Virus record (IMG/VR): IMGVR_UViG_3300047476_000982
Location: 32,001 to 96,000 of that record
Strand: one strand, 5' to 3'
Length of the DNA stretch: 64,000 nt
From: a virus
The notes beneath the pieces are model-generated. The model was not told where the DNA came from. It did no database searches and was given only the letters and a program-made list of their open reading frames with translations. The translations under genes were made by a program, and so were the position numbers. Below are positions 9,841 through 19,604 of the stretch, in pieces (the stretch's first letter is position 1; each line of letters starts with the position of its first letter).

Positions 9841-12800
9841 TTATAATAAGTTAGCAATTGATTTTACTGTCCAAACACCAGATGATGTAAATTGAAGTTG
9901 CACATTTGCTCCTGATATACCTACTGCAAATAAAGCAGAGTTGGTATTTCCTATATCAGTAGTTGTTACTTCAGTAAATCTTACGGTTGTTCCATTCCAA
10001 ACACTCATTACTTGACCTGATCTTGCATTTGATCCAGAAGCTATTGTATAGTTATAGAATGCAGATGTTGCAGAACCTGTGTTTATTGATGATACTACTA
10101 CTGCACCAGTTGTTGTAATAGATGATGTAGAATTAAATTCTGCTATACCTAAATCTAATGGTCCACCATTTATTAATACAGATCCTGTAAATTGGTGAGT
10201 ATTAGTAGTCAGCGTACCAAATCTAGTTGATCCAGTTATAAAGCTTACACTTGATGTTACTGTTTGAACACTAAGTGTCTGAGCAGTTATTGTACCTGTT
10301 GAAGTTACATTACCAGTTACTGTTAATGTGCTACCATCAAATGTTAAGTTTGCTTCTGCGTTTGCAGTATTAGTCGTACCTAGAGATGTTAATACCCTAT
10401 TGTCAACAGGGTTAGTAATTGTATTGAATCCTGTACCTGAAGTTCCTGAGCTGCCAGATGATCCGGAAGATCCACTACTACCATTTGCACCTGAAGTTCC
10501 ACTTGATCCTGATGTACCTGAGCTACCTGAAGTACCTGATGAACCAGAACTACCATTTGCTCCAGACGTGCCTGATGATCCTGAGCTACCTGATGAACCA
10601 TTTGCCCCACTAGTGCCTGATGAACCGCTTGATCCATTTGCACCTGAAGTTCCACTTGATCCAGATGAGCCAGAGCTACCATTAGCTCCAGATGTACCTG
10701 ATGAACCGCTTGATCCATTTGCACCTGAAGTTCCACTTGATCCAGATGAGCCAGAGCTACCATTAGCTCCAGATGTACCTGATGAACCGCTAGATCCGTT
10801 AGCACCTGAAGTTCCTGATGAACCGGAAGAACCGCTAGAACCAGATGATCCATTTGCTCCAGATGTGCCTGATGAACCCGATGTACCTGATGAACCACTT
10901 GAACCATTAGCTCCTGATGTACCTGATGAACCAGAAGATCCCCGAGTACCTGAAGTTCCTGAACTACCACTAGTACCATTTGCTCCAGATGTGCCTGATG
11001 ATCCTGATGTACCGGAACTACCATTTGCACCTGATGTGCCTGAACTACCAGAACTACCATTAGCTCCACTAGTTCCACTTGATCCTGATGTACCTGATGA
11101 TCCTGATGTACCTGATGAACCACTTGAACCATTAGCTCCACTAGTTCCTGATGATCCAGATGTGCCTGAAGATCCAGAAGTTCCAGATGACCCAGAAGTT
11201 CCGCTTGAACCAGCAGCCGCTAACCAAGTAGTACCATTATATCTGTAGATATTATTGTCTGTACTATTATAATATATTTGACCTGCTGATGTACCAACTG
11301 GATTAGTTGTAGATACGGGTATTCTTAAAGATCCTGTTATAGAAACAGATCCTGTGAATTGATGCGTATTAGTTAATAAAGATCCATTAATACTTGAGCC
11401 AGTAACATATTCTCTAGATGAAGTTACTTCTTGTACATTTAAAGTTTGCGCTATAATATTTCCAACTACAGTTAAAGTAGTTCCATCAAAAGTTAAATTA
11501 GCTTCAGCATTTGCTGTATTAGTCGTACCTAGAGATGTAAGTATTCTATTATCTGCTGGGTTAGTAATAGTATTAAAACCAGTACCTGAAGTTCCTGAGC
11601 TACCTGATGATCCACTAGAACCAGAAGAACCACTTACTCCACTTGTTCCACTAGATCCTGCAGTACCGCTAGATCCACTAGTTCCTGAAGAGCCACTTGA
11701 ACCATTTGCGCCAGATGTACCTGAGCTACCTGAAGTACCTGATGAACCAGAACTACCATTTGCACCTGATGTACCAGAAGAACCACTTGAGCCGCTTGAT
11801 CCATTTGCACCTGAAGTTCCACTTGATCCTGACGTACCGCTAGATCCAGAAGTTCCAGATGAGCCAGAAGATCCATTTGCTCCACTTGTTCCAGAAGAAC
11901 CAGATGTACCTGATGAACCACTTGAACCATTAGCTCCACTAGTTCCACTTGTACCAGATGAACCAGCGCCAGATAACCAAGTAGATCCATTATAACGATA
12001 AATGTTATCGTCAGTCGTATTATAATATACTTGACCTTCTTCTGTACCAGTAGGAGTTGAAGCGTATACTGGGAATCTTAGTGAGCCTGAAATAATTGTT
12101 GAACCAGATATTGTTAATCCATTTGTATATCTACCTGAACCAGATACGTCAAAGCTAAATTGAGGATTAGGTTGATTAATACCTATTCTACCATTAGCAG
12201 AGCCAGAGAATGGATTCGCAGTATATGTTGTATAGTTACTATTTACTCCTTGCCAAGCAGATCCTGTAGCAAATATTAAACCTCCTATATTGATGCTATC
12301 TTGAGCATTTGTTGGTAATGAAATATTTGTACCTATTATAATGTTGTTTCTTCCTAGAGTAGAGTTTCTCCCAGAGAATGAACCTATAATTATAGAATTA
12401 GAACCACTAGTTAAAGAATTGCCAGTGCCATTTCCTATTATAATTGATGAAATACTATTATTAGACAAACTAAATGCATCAAACCCAATAGCAATACTAT
12501 AGCTACCTGTTTTTGCAGAATACGCTGTAGAATTTCCTATAAATGTAGATCTAGTTGCTCCTTTAACTCCGTATGCAGCACTCTCTCCTATAGCAACTAT
12601 TTCAGAAGAATTTACTAATCCATTTCCTGAAAGCCATCCAATTAAAACGGATTCTTGGCTATTAATTGTATTTAGTCCTGCATATGCGCCTACTACTACA
12701 TTATAAAAATTATTGTCTGAATTTTTTCCAGCACTAGCTCCTATTAAAACTGCATCTGATGAAGCTGTACTATTAGCTGCTACTGAATCTCCTATTAACA

Positions 12801-15800
12801 CATTATCTCCTGAATTAGAAAATACTACAATAGATCCACTATGTATATTATTTCCTATAGCAACACTTCCATAATTATAAACATCTGTTTTATATGATGT
12901 TCCAACAGTAGAATATATAGTACTACCACTAACAGCTAAAGGATAAGATGAACTAATAGCATTTCTTGCCCAACTAGCAGTTCCGAATAACGAACTTGTT
13001 ATAGAAGTAGCAGAAATATTATCTACATTAGTAATGTCATTTCCATCAAGAGATAAATTTCCTTGCATTGCTCTAGTACCATCAACTAACAAATATTGTT
13101 GATGATCATCTGCATCTAACCCTAATAAGTTTCCATGTAAAGTAACTACGCCTGTTCTAGAAGGCGATGCAAAACCAAGCCTAGGTCTTTCATCAATTAT
13201 AGATTGAATACTAGCACTATCTGGGGTTACTACTATGGAAGCAAATAAAGCAAATTGCTCTGTTACAAAGCTTGGAGGAGTCGGTAAAGAACCTGCTTCA
13301 GCAGCTTCAACATTATCATATAAATCTTGACCATAAACAAGGAAATACCTTGTTGTAGGAAGACCTATCATATATAATGAATGCTTAGTATATTTTCCAG
13401 ATGGTATTGATTGCAAAGTACCAAAACTAGCACTATCGTATAAAGTATTACTTGCAGTAGTTTGACTTGCAACTCTAGTAAATCCAGATCCACCAACACC
13501 TGTACCAGCTGATCCGCTTCTATAAAAAGCATCAAAAGTTATAGGAGACGCACCTGTAGTACTTATTCTATGTTCGGAGAAGAAATATATTGCAGAAGTA
13601 ACGTCTAAACTTCTAGATACAATTCCTTGAGTAGTTGTTGCTCCTGATTGGAATATAGGTCCTAATGCATCTCTAAATAATCTGTCTACATAGTTGCTAT
13701 AGTGGTGAGCATCTAAAGGTGTTCTATCTATATAAACTATAGAAGTTGAATCAGTAATAACTCTTCCTAAAGGAACGTTAAATCTAGAGTTAGGTTCAGT
13801 TGCAGAAGAGGTTAATATACCAGAACCATTATAATAAACATATCTATCAGATGAAGTAGGCATTGTTATTTGCCTAGATTCTGTAGTTGTTCCTCTAGTA
13901 TTAATTTTAAATAAATTATGATTAGCATACCCACCTTGACTCATTACGTATCCTACAGACTCTGCTACTTGAAGAGTTAATGCACTAGCAGTACTTAAAG
14001 CACCGCCATCAATAATACCCATCGTACTAGCAAAAGATATTAGATCACCAATTTCTGTTTTAACAGCAGACGGTTCTCTAACCCAATCAAGTCCTCCATA
14101 AAGTACGATTGATGCAGTATTAATTCCAGCACCACCGCTAGGAATTAAAGTGATATTGCCTCTAGGATTAGCAAATATACTTGCAGAAATAGAACTAGAA
14201 ACAGTTAAAGATCCTGTAATTATTACGTTTCCAGGAATAGTAACATTAGTTCCATCATCAGTAATTTGAGAGTCTCCGATATGTTCTCCGCTCTCTCCTG
14301 AATATCCTTTTGTAAGTCTATTTAAAGTTATTTGAGTTTCATTACCTAAATTATTATAGGTTTCAGGACCCATAATTCCAATAGAACTAGTCGGTGATGA
14401 TCCAGCAGGTTGTTGATGGATCATTATCCATCTATCTTTAGTGGAATCAAATAACCAAGATCCTGATCTTTGAGGGCTTGATCCTGAATCAATAACAGCT
14501 AATCCACCATAACGTACAGATGGAGTATTAGAGTTTACAGTAATTAAATTAGTTCCAATATTAAGTGTAGATTCACTTACATATGTAATAGAAGCAGATC
14601 CTAAAACAGTTAAATTTTGTAATATAGTTAAACTTCCTGATACTGTAGTAATGCTACCAGAAACTGTTAATACTGACGAAGCTGTTGCGGCATTTGTAGT
14701 ACCATCTGATACTAAAACTCTATATAATGCTGGATTATTTATTGTATTAAATCCTGTTCCACTAGAGCCAGATGATCCAGAACTACCTGAAGAACCTGAC
14801 GATCCACTTGAACCAGAAGATCCGTTTGCTCCACTAGTTCCACTAGATCCTGACGAACCTGTGGAACCAGAACTACCAGAAGTACCAGTAGAACCTGAGC
14901 TACCGCTAGTACCTGTTGATCCACTAGAACCACTTGATCCAGATGATCCAGCACTACCTGATGAACCAGATGAACCGTTTGCTCCGCTTGTACCAGAACT
15001 ACCGGAAGATCCAGAACTACCACTAGTACCTGTTGATCCGCTTGATCCAGATGAGCCTGCAGTACCACTAGTACCAGATGAACCTGAGCTACCAGATGAA
15101 CCATTAGCTCCTGATGTTCCACTAGATCCGCTTGTGCCAGTAGATCCACTTGAGCCTGAAGATCCAGAACTACCGCTAGATCCTGCTGTACCAGAAGTAC
15201 CACCACCAACAATTAATGATGCTTCAAACCAAGTTCCGTTTCCTGAAGAATTTATATTTTGAGATGTAGGATTTCCTGTATAAGCAGTAACTTCTACATA
15301 ATCTGTTGAACCATTAAAATAAATTATTGCATCTATTTCTTGTGCATAACCTGAGCCAGATAGAATTTGAGTTTGATGTATGGCAATTTGAGTTGTTCCA
15401 TTTTTTCTAAATTGGATATTGCTTTGGTTATTAGTTACAGAACCGGCATCCCACCAAACTTGGGCATTAGTTATATAATAACCTGCAACAGTTGGTTGAA
15501 TTTTATTAGAAGTTAACCAATTATTAGGATCAAAATCATCGCCAAATGTTACAACAGTATCAACACCATTTGATATAGTTTGCGAACCTCCTTGTTTAGT
15601 ACCTCTAACAATATAGTTAGATGCTACAAGTCCTGTTGGTGAAGTACCTGATGAACCTGCAGTACCTGATGAACCACTAGAACCAGAAGTACCAGAGTTA
15701 CCAGACGTACCACTAGATCCACTCGAGCCATTAGCTCCGCTAGTTCCTGCAGATCCACTTGAACCTGATGTCCCTGAACTTCCAGAAGATCCAGAAGAAC

Positions 15801-18800
15801 CATTAGCACCACTAGTTCCTGCTGATCCAGAACTACCTGATGAACCACTAACACCTGATGATCCAGATGATCCGCTTGATCCAGATGAGCCTGAGGAACC
15901 GCTTACTCCTGACGTACCTGAACTACCGGAAGATCCAGAACTACCATTTGCTCCTGATGTACCTGATGTACCACTAGTTGCTGTAGTAAATGATGTTCCG
16001 TTTATAGTTAATGATCCAGTAATATTTACAGAGCCTGTAAATTGATGAGTATTAGATAATTCACTACCAAATACTGTTGAGCCTGTAATATATTCTTGAG
16101 AAGATGTAATATTCTGTACAATAAGTGTTTGCGCTGTTATTGTTCCAGAACTTACAATACTTCCAGTTATACTAAGAGTATTATTAGAAAAAGATAAATT
16201 AGTTGATGCAGTTGCTGCATTTGTAGTGCCGTCTGATAATATTATTCTATTAGCTCCAGGATTATTGATGGTATTGAATCCTGTACCTGAAGTTCCTGAA
16301 GTACCTGATGATCCAGATGATCCGCTTGAACCATTAGCTCCTGATGTTCCACTACTGCCAGAAGTACCAGTTGATCCACTACTACCGCTTGTACCTGTTG
16401 AACCAGATGTGCCGCTAGAACCAGATGATCCATTTGCTCCGCTTGTTCCAGAAGATCCAGAACTACCTGCAGATCCTGAGCTACCAGATGTTCCACTAGA
16501 TCCGTTTGCTCCAGATGTCCCAGAACTTCCAGATGAACCACTTGAACCAGAAGTACCATTTGAACCATCGGCACCGGAAGTACCTGACGATCCTGAACTA
16601 CCTGAAGTTCCTGATTCTCCACTTGTGCCACTAGATCCTGAGCTGCCAGATGATCCACTAGAACCAGATAAACCTGAAGTACCTGATGAACCACTAGTTC
16701 CACTCTCTCCGCTTGTACCTGAAGACCCTGAACTACCTGATGTACCAGAAACTCCACTACTTCCAGAAGACCCTGATGTTCCCGCACTTCCTGATGAGCC
16801 GCTAGTACCGCTCTCTCCACTAGTTCCTGAGCTTCCTGATGTTCCAGAAGTACCCGATTCTCCAGAACTTCCACTAGATCCACTTGTTCCTGTAGAACCA
16901 GATGAACCAGAACTACCGCTTGAACCAGATGATCCAGTTGTACCAGAACTACCTGATGATCCAGAGCTGCCAGATGAACCATTAGCTCCCGATGTTCCAC
17001 TTGTACCTGAAGTCGCAGCAGTAAATGATGAACCATTTATAGTTAATGATCCAGTAATATTTACAGAACCTGTAAATTGATGAGTATTTGAAAGTTGAGA
17101 TCCAAAAACTGTTGATCCAGTTACATATTCAACACTAGAAGTTATTGTTTGAACAATTAAAGTTTGTGCAGTAATTGTATTTTGGATTAATGCATTTGAT
17201 GCAGTTATTGCTCCATTAATAGAAATATCTCCTAAATTATTTATTGATCCTGTAACTGATAAAATATTATTATCATAAGTTAAATTAGACGATGCAGTCG
17301 CTGCATTTGTTGTACCATCAGACAATATTATTCTGCCTTGACCAGCATTGCTAATAGTATTAAATCCTGTTCCTGAAGATCCTGCTGTACCGCTTGAGCC
17401 TGTAGAACCAGATGAGCCACTAGATCCGCTAGTGCCTGCAGATCCACTTGAACCTGCCGATCCTGAGCTGCCAGATGATCCGCTTTCCCCACTAGTGCCA
17501 GATGAACCAGAACTACCCGAAGTGCCAGATGTTCCAGAGCTTCCGCTAGATCCAGTTGAGCCAGAACTTCCAGATGTTCCTGATTCTCCACTAGTTCCTG
17601 AACTACCTGATGATCCAGAGCTACCAGACGTTCCCGACTCTCCACTAGTGCCAGATGATCCAGAGGAACCTGTACTACCAGATGATCCTGTAGAACCAGA
17701 AGATCCCGATGTACCTGTAGACCCAGAAGATCCTGATGTACCAGAACTTCCAGATGAACCTGAGGATCCAGATGTTCCACTTTCCCCACTAGTACCAGAA
17801 GATCCTGATGTACCTGTACTTCCAGAACTTCCTGATGATCCACTAGATCCAGAAGTACCTGAGCTACCGCTTGAACCTGAACTACCAGATGATCCAGCAG
17901 TTCCAGAAGTTCCTGATGTAGCTGCGGTGAAAGACGATCCATTTATACTTAATGATCCAGTAATATTTACTGAACCAGTAAACTCATGAGTATTAGATAA
18001 TTGAGAGCCGAATATAGTTGACCCAGTTACATATTCAATTGATGATGTAATTGTTTGTGCTACTATAGTTTGTGCAGTTAATGTTCCTCTAACTAAAAAA
18101 TTATCTGCAGAAGATGCTGTATCCGCTAATGTTGCAGATGCTGCTTTATTAGTATATTGAAATAAACCAGTAGATGGATTTACAGCAACTAAAGAGCCTG
18201 ATAATGAATTATTTTGAGCAATAACAGGATTGTAAATACTACCACTTATATTAATTGATCCAGTTAATTCATGTTGATTATTTGGATCTAATCTAAATTT
18301 TCTATTAGATATACTATCTTCTCCTCCAACAAAAAATTCAAGAGGGTAATTAGAAGCATTACCTATATATAAATAATTTCCTGTAGAATATAAATAGGCA
18401 TCACTTCCTAATCCAACCCCTCCAGTAACATTATAATTAGTGCTGTTAATACCTAAATTAATAAAGTTAGTAGTTTCAGTAGCATTGTCATTTTCAGCTA
18501 CTATATCTGAAGAAGCTTCACTTCCTGTTGATCTATTTTGTAAACTAAGTTGAGAGTAATTATCAACATCACCTTTTATTTGAACTAAATTATATGTTTC
18601 TGTACCTTGTATTCCTTCTATCCAAAGAGAAGCAGGATTAAATGAATCATATTGACTTGAGTTAATACTAATAGTACCTTGATTATGAATCCATAATCTA
18701 GCATTTTCAGTAGTATCAAAACCACCATTAAAGAAAATAATTTGTTTACCTGAAACAGCATTACCTATTAGTAAATTTTCACCTGTAGAATATAAATAAG

Positions 18801-19323
18801 CATCTAAAGCACTACCAATATATTGATTAGCATTATATCCAGAACCATTAATACCTAAATTAACATAATTAGCTTCTTCGTTTCCATTATCAGCAGTCGC
18901 TACAATATCTGAAGACGCACTAGGTCCTGAATTAAAATTTTTTATATTTAATTGAACATAACCATCTACATCAGCATGACCTGATATTAAATTATACGAA
19001 TTTGTTAAAGAGTTTACTAAAAAAGTTTCAATAGCTTCAGGATGTAATGATCCTGTTGCGTTTATAGCAGTAAAAGATCCTGATTGATAAATCGTACTAG
19101 AAACTAACGCTTCTGATCCAGAAAATACAGATAAATAAAATGAAGATCCACTAATAAAACCTGAACCTATAGTAACTATTTCTTCACCTGCAGAACCAGA
19201 TCTTTTCATAAACGCTTTACCATCATAGGTATTAAGCGCAATTTCACCAAGTTGTAAAGAAGCTGTATCAGGTATTCTACCTGGTACTGCGCTTCTACGC
19301 AGTTTCAGATACTGGTTTGACAT
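9841..19323 (-). CDS. Giant modular tail fibre-like protein (3160 aa) with six G-S-S tracts, YadA-like repeats and an Mtd-like N-terminus
   Basis: N-terminal LKLRRSAVPGRIP..LQLGEIALNTYDGK resembles the major tropism determinant N-terminal attachment motif; repeated TAQTL..STHQFTGSV modules; xxVxIGxxAG repeats. Confidence 0.75.
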   Translation of the reverse strand: MSNQYLKLRRSAVPGRIPDTASLQLGEIALNTYDGKAFMKRSGSAGEEIVTIGSGFISGSSFYLSVFSGSEALVSSTIYQSGSFTAINATGSLHPEAIETFLVNSLTNSYNLISGHADVDGYVQLNIKNFNSGPSASSDIVATADNGNEEANYVNLGINGSGYNANQYIGSALDAYLYSTGENLLIGNAVSGKQIIFFNGGFDTTENARLWIHNQGTISINSSQYDSFNPASLWIEGIQGTETYNLVQIKGDVDNYSQLSLQNRSTGSEASSDIVAENDNATETTNFINLGINSTNYNVTGGVGLGSDAYLYSTGNYLYIGNASNYPLEFFVGGEDSISNRKFRLDPNNQHELTGSINISGSIYNPVIAQNNSLSGSLVAVNPSTGLFQYTNKAASATLADTASSADNFLVRGTLTAQTIVAQTITSSIEYVTGSTIFGSQLSNTHEFTGSVNITGSLSINGSSFTAATSGTSGTAGSSGSSGSSGSSGTSGSSGSSGSSGSTGTSGSSGTSGESGTSGSSGSSGSSGTSGSSGSTGTSGSSGSTGSSGSTGSSGSSGTSGESGTSGSSGSSGSSGTSGESGTSGSSGSTGSSGSSGTSGTSGSSGSSGTSGESGSSGSSGSAGSSGSAGTSGSSGSSGSTGSSGTAGSSGTGFNTISNAGQGRIILSDGTTNAATASSNLTYDNNILSVTGSINNLGDISINGAITASNALIQNTITAQTLIVQTITSSVEYVTGSTVFGSQLSNTHQFTGSVNITGSLTINGSSFTAATSGTSGTSGANGSSGSSGSSGSSGTTGSSGSSGSSGSSGSTGTSGSSGSSGESGTSGTSGSSGTSGESGTSGSSGSAGTSGSSGSSGVSGTSGSSGSSGTSGESGTSGSSGTSGLSGSSGSSGSSGSSGTSGESGTSGSSGSSGTSGADGSNGTSGSSGSSGSSGTSGANGSSGTSGSSGSAGSSGSSGTSGANGSSGSSGTSGSTGTSGSSGSTGTSGSSGTSGANGSSGSSGSSGTSGTSGTGFNTINNPGANRIILSDGTTNAATASTNLSFSNNTLSITGSIVSSGTITAQTLIVQNITSSQEYITGSTVFGSELSNTHQFTGSVNITGSLTINGTSFTTATSGTSGTSGANGSSGSSGSSGTSGVSGSSGSSGSSGSSGSSGVSGSSGSSGSAGTSGANGSSGSSGSSGTSGSSGSAGTSGANGSSGSSGTSGNSGTSGSSGSSGTAGSSGTSPTGLVASNYIVRGTKQGGSQTISNGVDTVVTFGDDFDPNNWLTSNKIQPTVAGYYITNAQVWWDAGSVTNNQSNIQFRKNGTTQIAIHQTQILSGSGYAQEIDAIIYFNGSTDYVEVTAYTGNPTSQNINSSGNGTWFEASLIVGGGTSGTAGSSGSSGSSGSSGSTGTSGSSGTSGANGSSGSSGSSGTSGTAGSSGSSGSTGTSGSSGSSGSSGTSGANGSSGSSGSAGSSGSSGSSGSTGTSGSSGSTGTSGSSGSTGSSGSSGTSGANGSSGSSGSSGSSGSSGSSGSSGTGFNTINNPALYRVLVSDGTTNAATASSVLTVSGSITTVSGSLTILQNLTVLGSASITYVSESTLNIGTNLITVNSNTPSVRYGGLAVIDSGSSPQRSGSWLFDSTKDRWIMIHQQPAGSSPTSSIGIMGPETYNNLGNETQITLNRLTKGYSGESGEHIGDSQITDDGTNVTIPGNVIITGSLTVSSSISASIFANPRGNITLIPSGGAGINTASIVLYGGLDWVREPSAVKTEIGDLISFASTMGIIDGGALSTASALTLQVAESVGYVMSQGGYANHNLFKINTRGTTTESRQITMPTSSDRYVYYNGSGILTSSATEPNSRFNVPLGRVITDSTSIVYIDRTPLDAHHYSNYVDRLFRDALGPIFQSGATTTQGIVSRSLDVTSAIYFFSEHRISTTGASPITFDAFYRSGSAGTGVGGSGFTRVASQTTASNTLYDSASFGTLQSIPSGKYTKHSLYMIGLPTTRYFLVYGQDLYDNVEAAEAGSLPTPPSFVTEQFALFASIVVTPDSASIQSIIDERPRLGFASPSRTGVVTLHGNLLGLDADDHQQYLLVDGTRAMQGNLSLDGNDITNVDNISATSITSSLFGTASWARNAISSSYPLAVSGSTIYSTVGTSYKTDVYNYGSVAIGNNIHSGSIVVFSNSGDNVLIGDSVAANSTASSDAVLIGASAGKNSDNNFYNVVVGAYAGLNTINSQESVLIGWLSGNGLVNSSEIVAIGESAAYGVKGATRSTFIGNSTAYSAKTGSYSIAIGFDAFSLSNNSISSIIIGNGTGNSLTSGSNSIIIGSFSGRNSTLGRNNIIIGTNISLPTNAQDSINIGGLIFATGSAWQGVNSNYTTYTANPFSGSANGRIGINQPNPQFSFDVSGSGRYTNGLTISGSTIISGSLRFPVYASTPTGTEEGQVYYNTTDDNIYRYNGSTWLSGAGSSGTSGTSGANGSSGSSGTSGSSGTSGANGSSGSSGTSGSSGTSGSSGTSGANGSSGSSGSSGTSGANGSSGSSGTSGSSGTSGANGSSGSSGTSGSSGTAGSSGTSGVSGSSGSSGSSGSSGTSGTGFNTITNPADNRILTSLGTTNTANAEANLTFDGTTLTVVGNIIAQTLNVQEVTSSREYVTGSSINGSLLTNTHQFTGSVSITGSLRIPVSTTNPVGTSAGQIYYNSTDNNIYRYNGTTWLAAAGSSGTSGSSGTSGSSGTSGSSGTSGANGSSGSSGTSGSSGTSGSSGTSGANGSSGSSGTSGANGSSGTSGSSGTSGANGTSGSSGTSGTRGSSGSSGTSGANGSSGSSGTSGSSGTSGANGSSGSSGSSGSSGTSGANGSSGSSGTSGANGSSGSSGSSGTSGANGSSGSSGTSGANGSSGSSGSSGTSGANGSSGSSGTSGANGSSGSSGSSGTSGANGSSGSSGTSGSSGTSGSSGTSGANGSSGSSGSSGSSGTSGTGFNTITNPVDNRVLTSLGTTNTANAEANLTFDGSTLTVTGNVTSTGTITAQTLSVQTVTSSVSFITGSTRFGTLTTNTHQFTGSVLINGGPLDLGIAEFNSTSSITTTGAVVVSSINTGSATSAFYNYTIASGSNARSGQVMSVWNGTTVRFTEVTTTDIGNTNSALFAVGISGANVQLQFTSSGVWTVKSIANLL
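10435..11210 (-). repeat. G-S-S coding repeat tract containing a perfect 81-bp tandem duplication (10621-10701, 10702-10782)
   Basis: Base-by-base identity of the two 81-nt units. Confidence 0.9.
14760..17930 (-). repeat. Four further G-S-S tracts (approximately 14760-15200, 15640-15985, 16285-17030, 17365-17930) separated by globular modules; another at about 11585-11965
   Basis: Translation of the 3160-aa ORF; approximate bounds. Confidence 0.85.
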
Positions 19324-19374
19324 GTGACGTTATTAGTTAGTATATACTGGTTCAAAGACTATGTAGTCTCATGT

Positions 19375-19382
19375 ATAAATAT
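19375..19382 (-). promoter_or_regulatory. ATATTTAT putative late promoter
   Basis: Sense-strand motif upstream of the giant fibre gene starting at 19323. Confidence 0.65.
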
Positions 19383-19603
19383 TAGTAATCTCCTAAATCC
19401 ATAGTATCAAAGCTGCCAGAATCTCCAAAAGAATCAATATTTTGTATAGTTAATGAACCTGTTTTTTCATTAGTAGAAGCTATATAAACAGAACCTGAAA
19501 TAATAAAATCTGCATTTTGTCCACTGCCACTTAAACTAAGTTGTGAATTAGCTTCATTATATTGAAGATTTGATAATATTTGTTTAAATTTTAACCTTGC
19601 CAT
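19382..19603 (-). CDS. Hypothetical virion-associated protein (73 aa)
   Basis: ORF track; coupled to the neck/tail gene upstream. Confidence 0.7.
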   Translation of the reverse strand: MARLKFKQILSNLQYNEANSQLSLSGSGQNADFIISGSVYIASTNEKTGSLTIQNIDSFGDSGSFDTMDLGDY

Positions 19604-19604
19604 A

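Noticed and set aside
6179-17989. Long overlapping ORFs (PEVPDEPE... on plus, LVVQVHQ... on minus) over the G-S-S tracts
   Set aside because: Shadow frames: GSS/GTS codons lack stops in the antisense and +1 frames, and these ORFs coincide exactly with the repeat tracts.
7696-19323. Diversity-generating retroelement (Mtd-like N-terminus, paralogous lectin genes)
   Set aside because: No reverse transcriptase and no near-identical repeat pair differing only at adenines was seen; the LamG genes are old paralogs.
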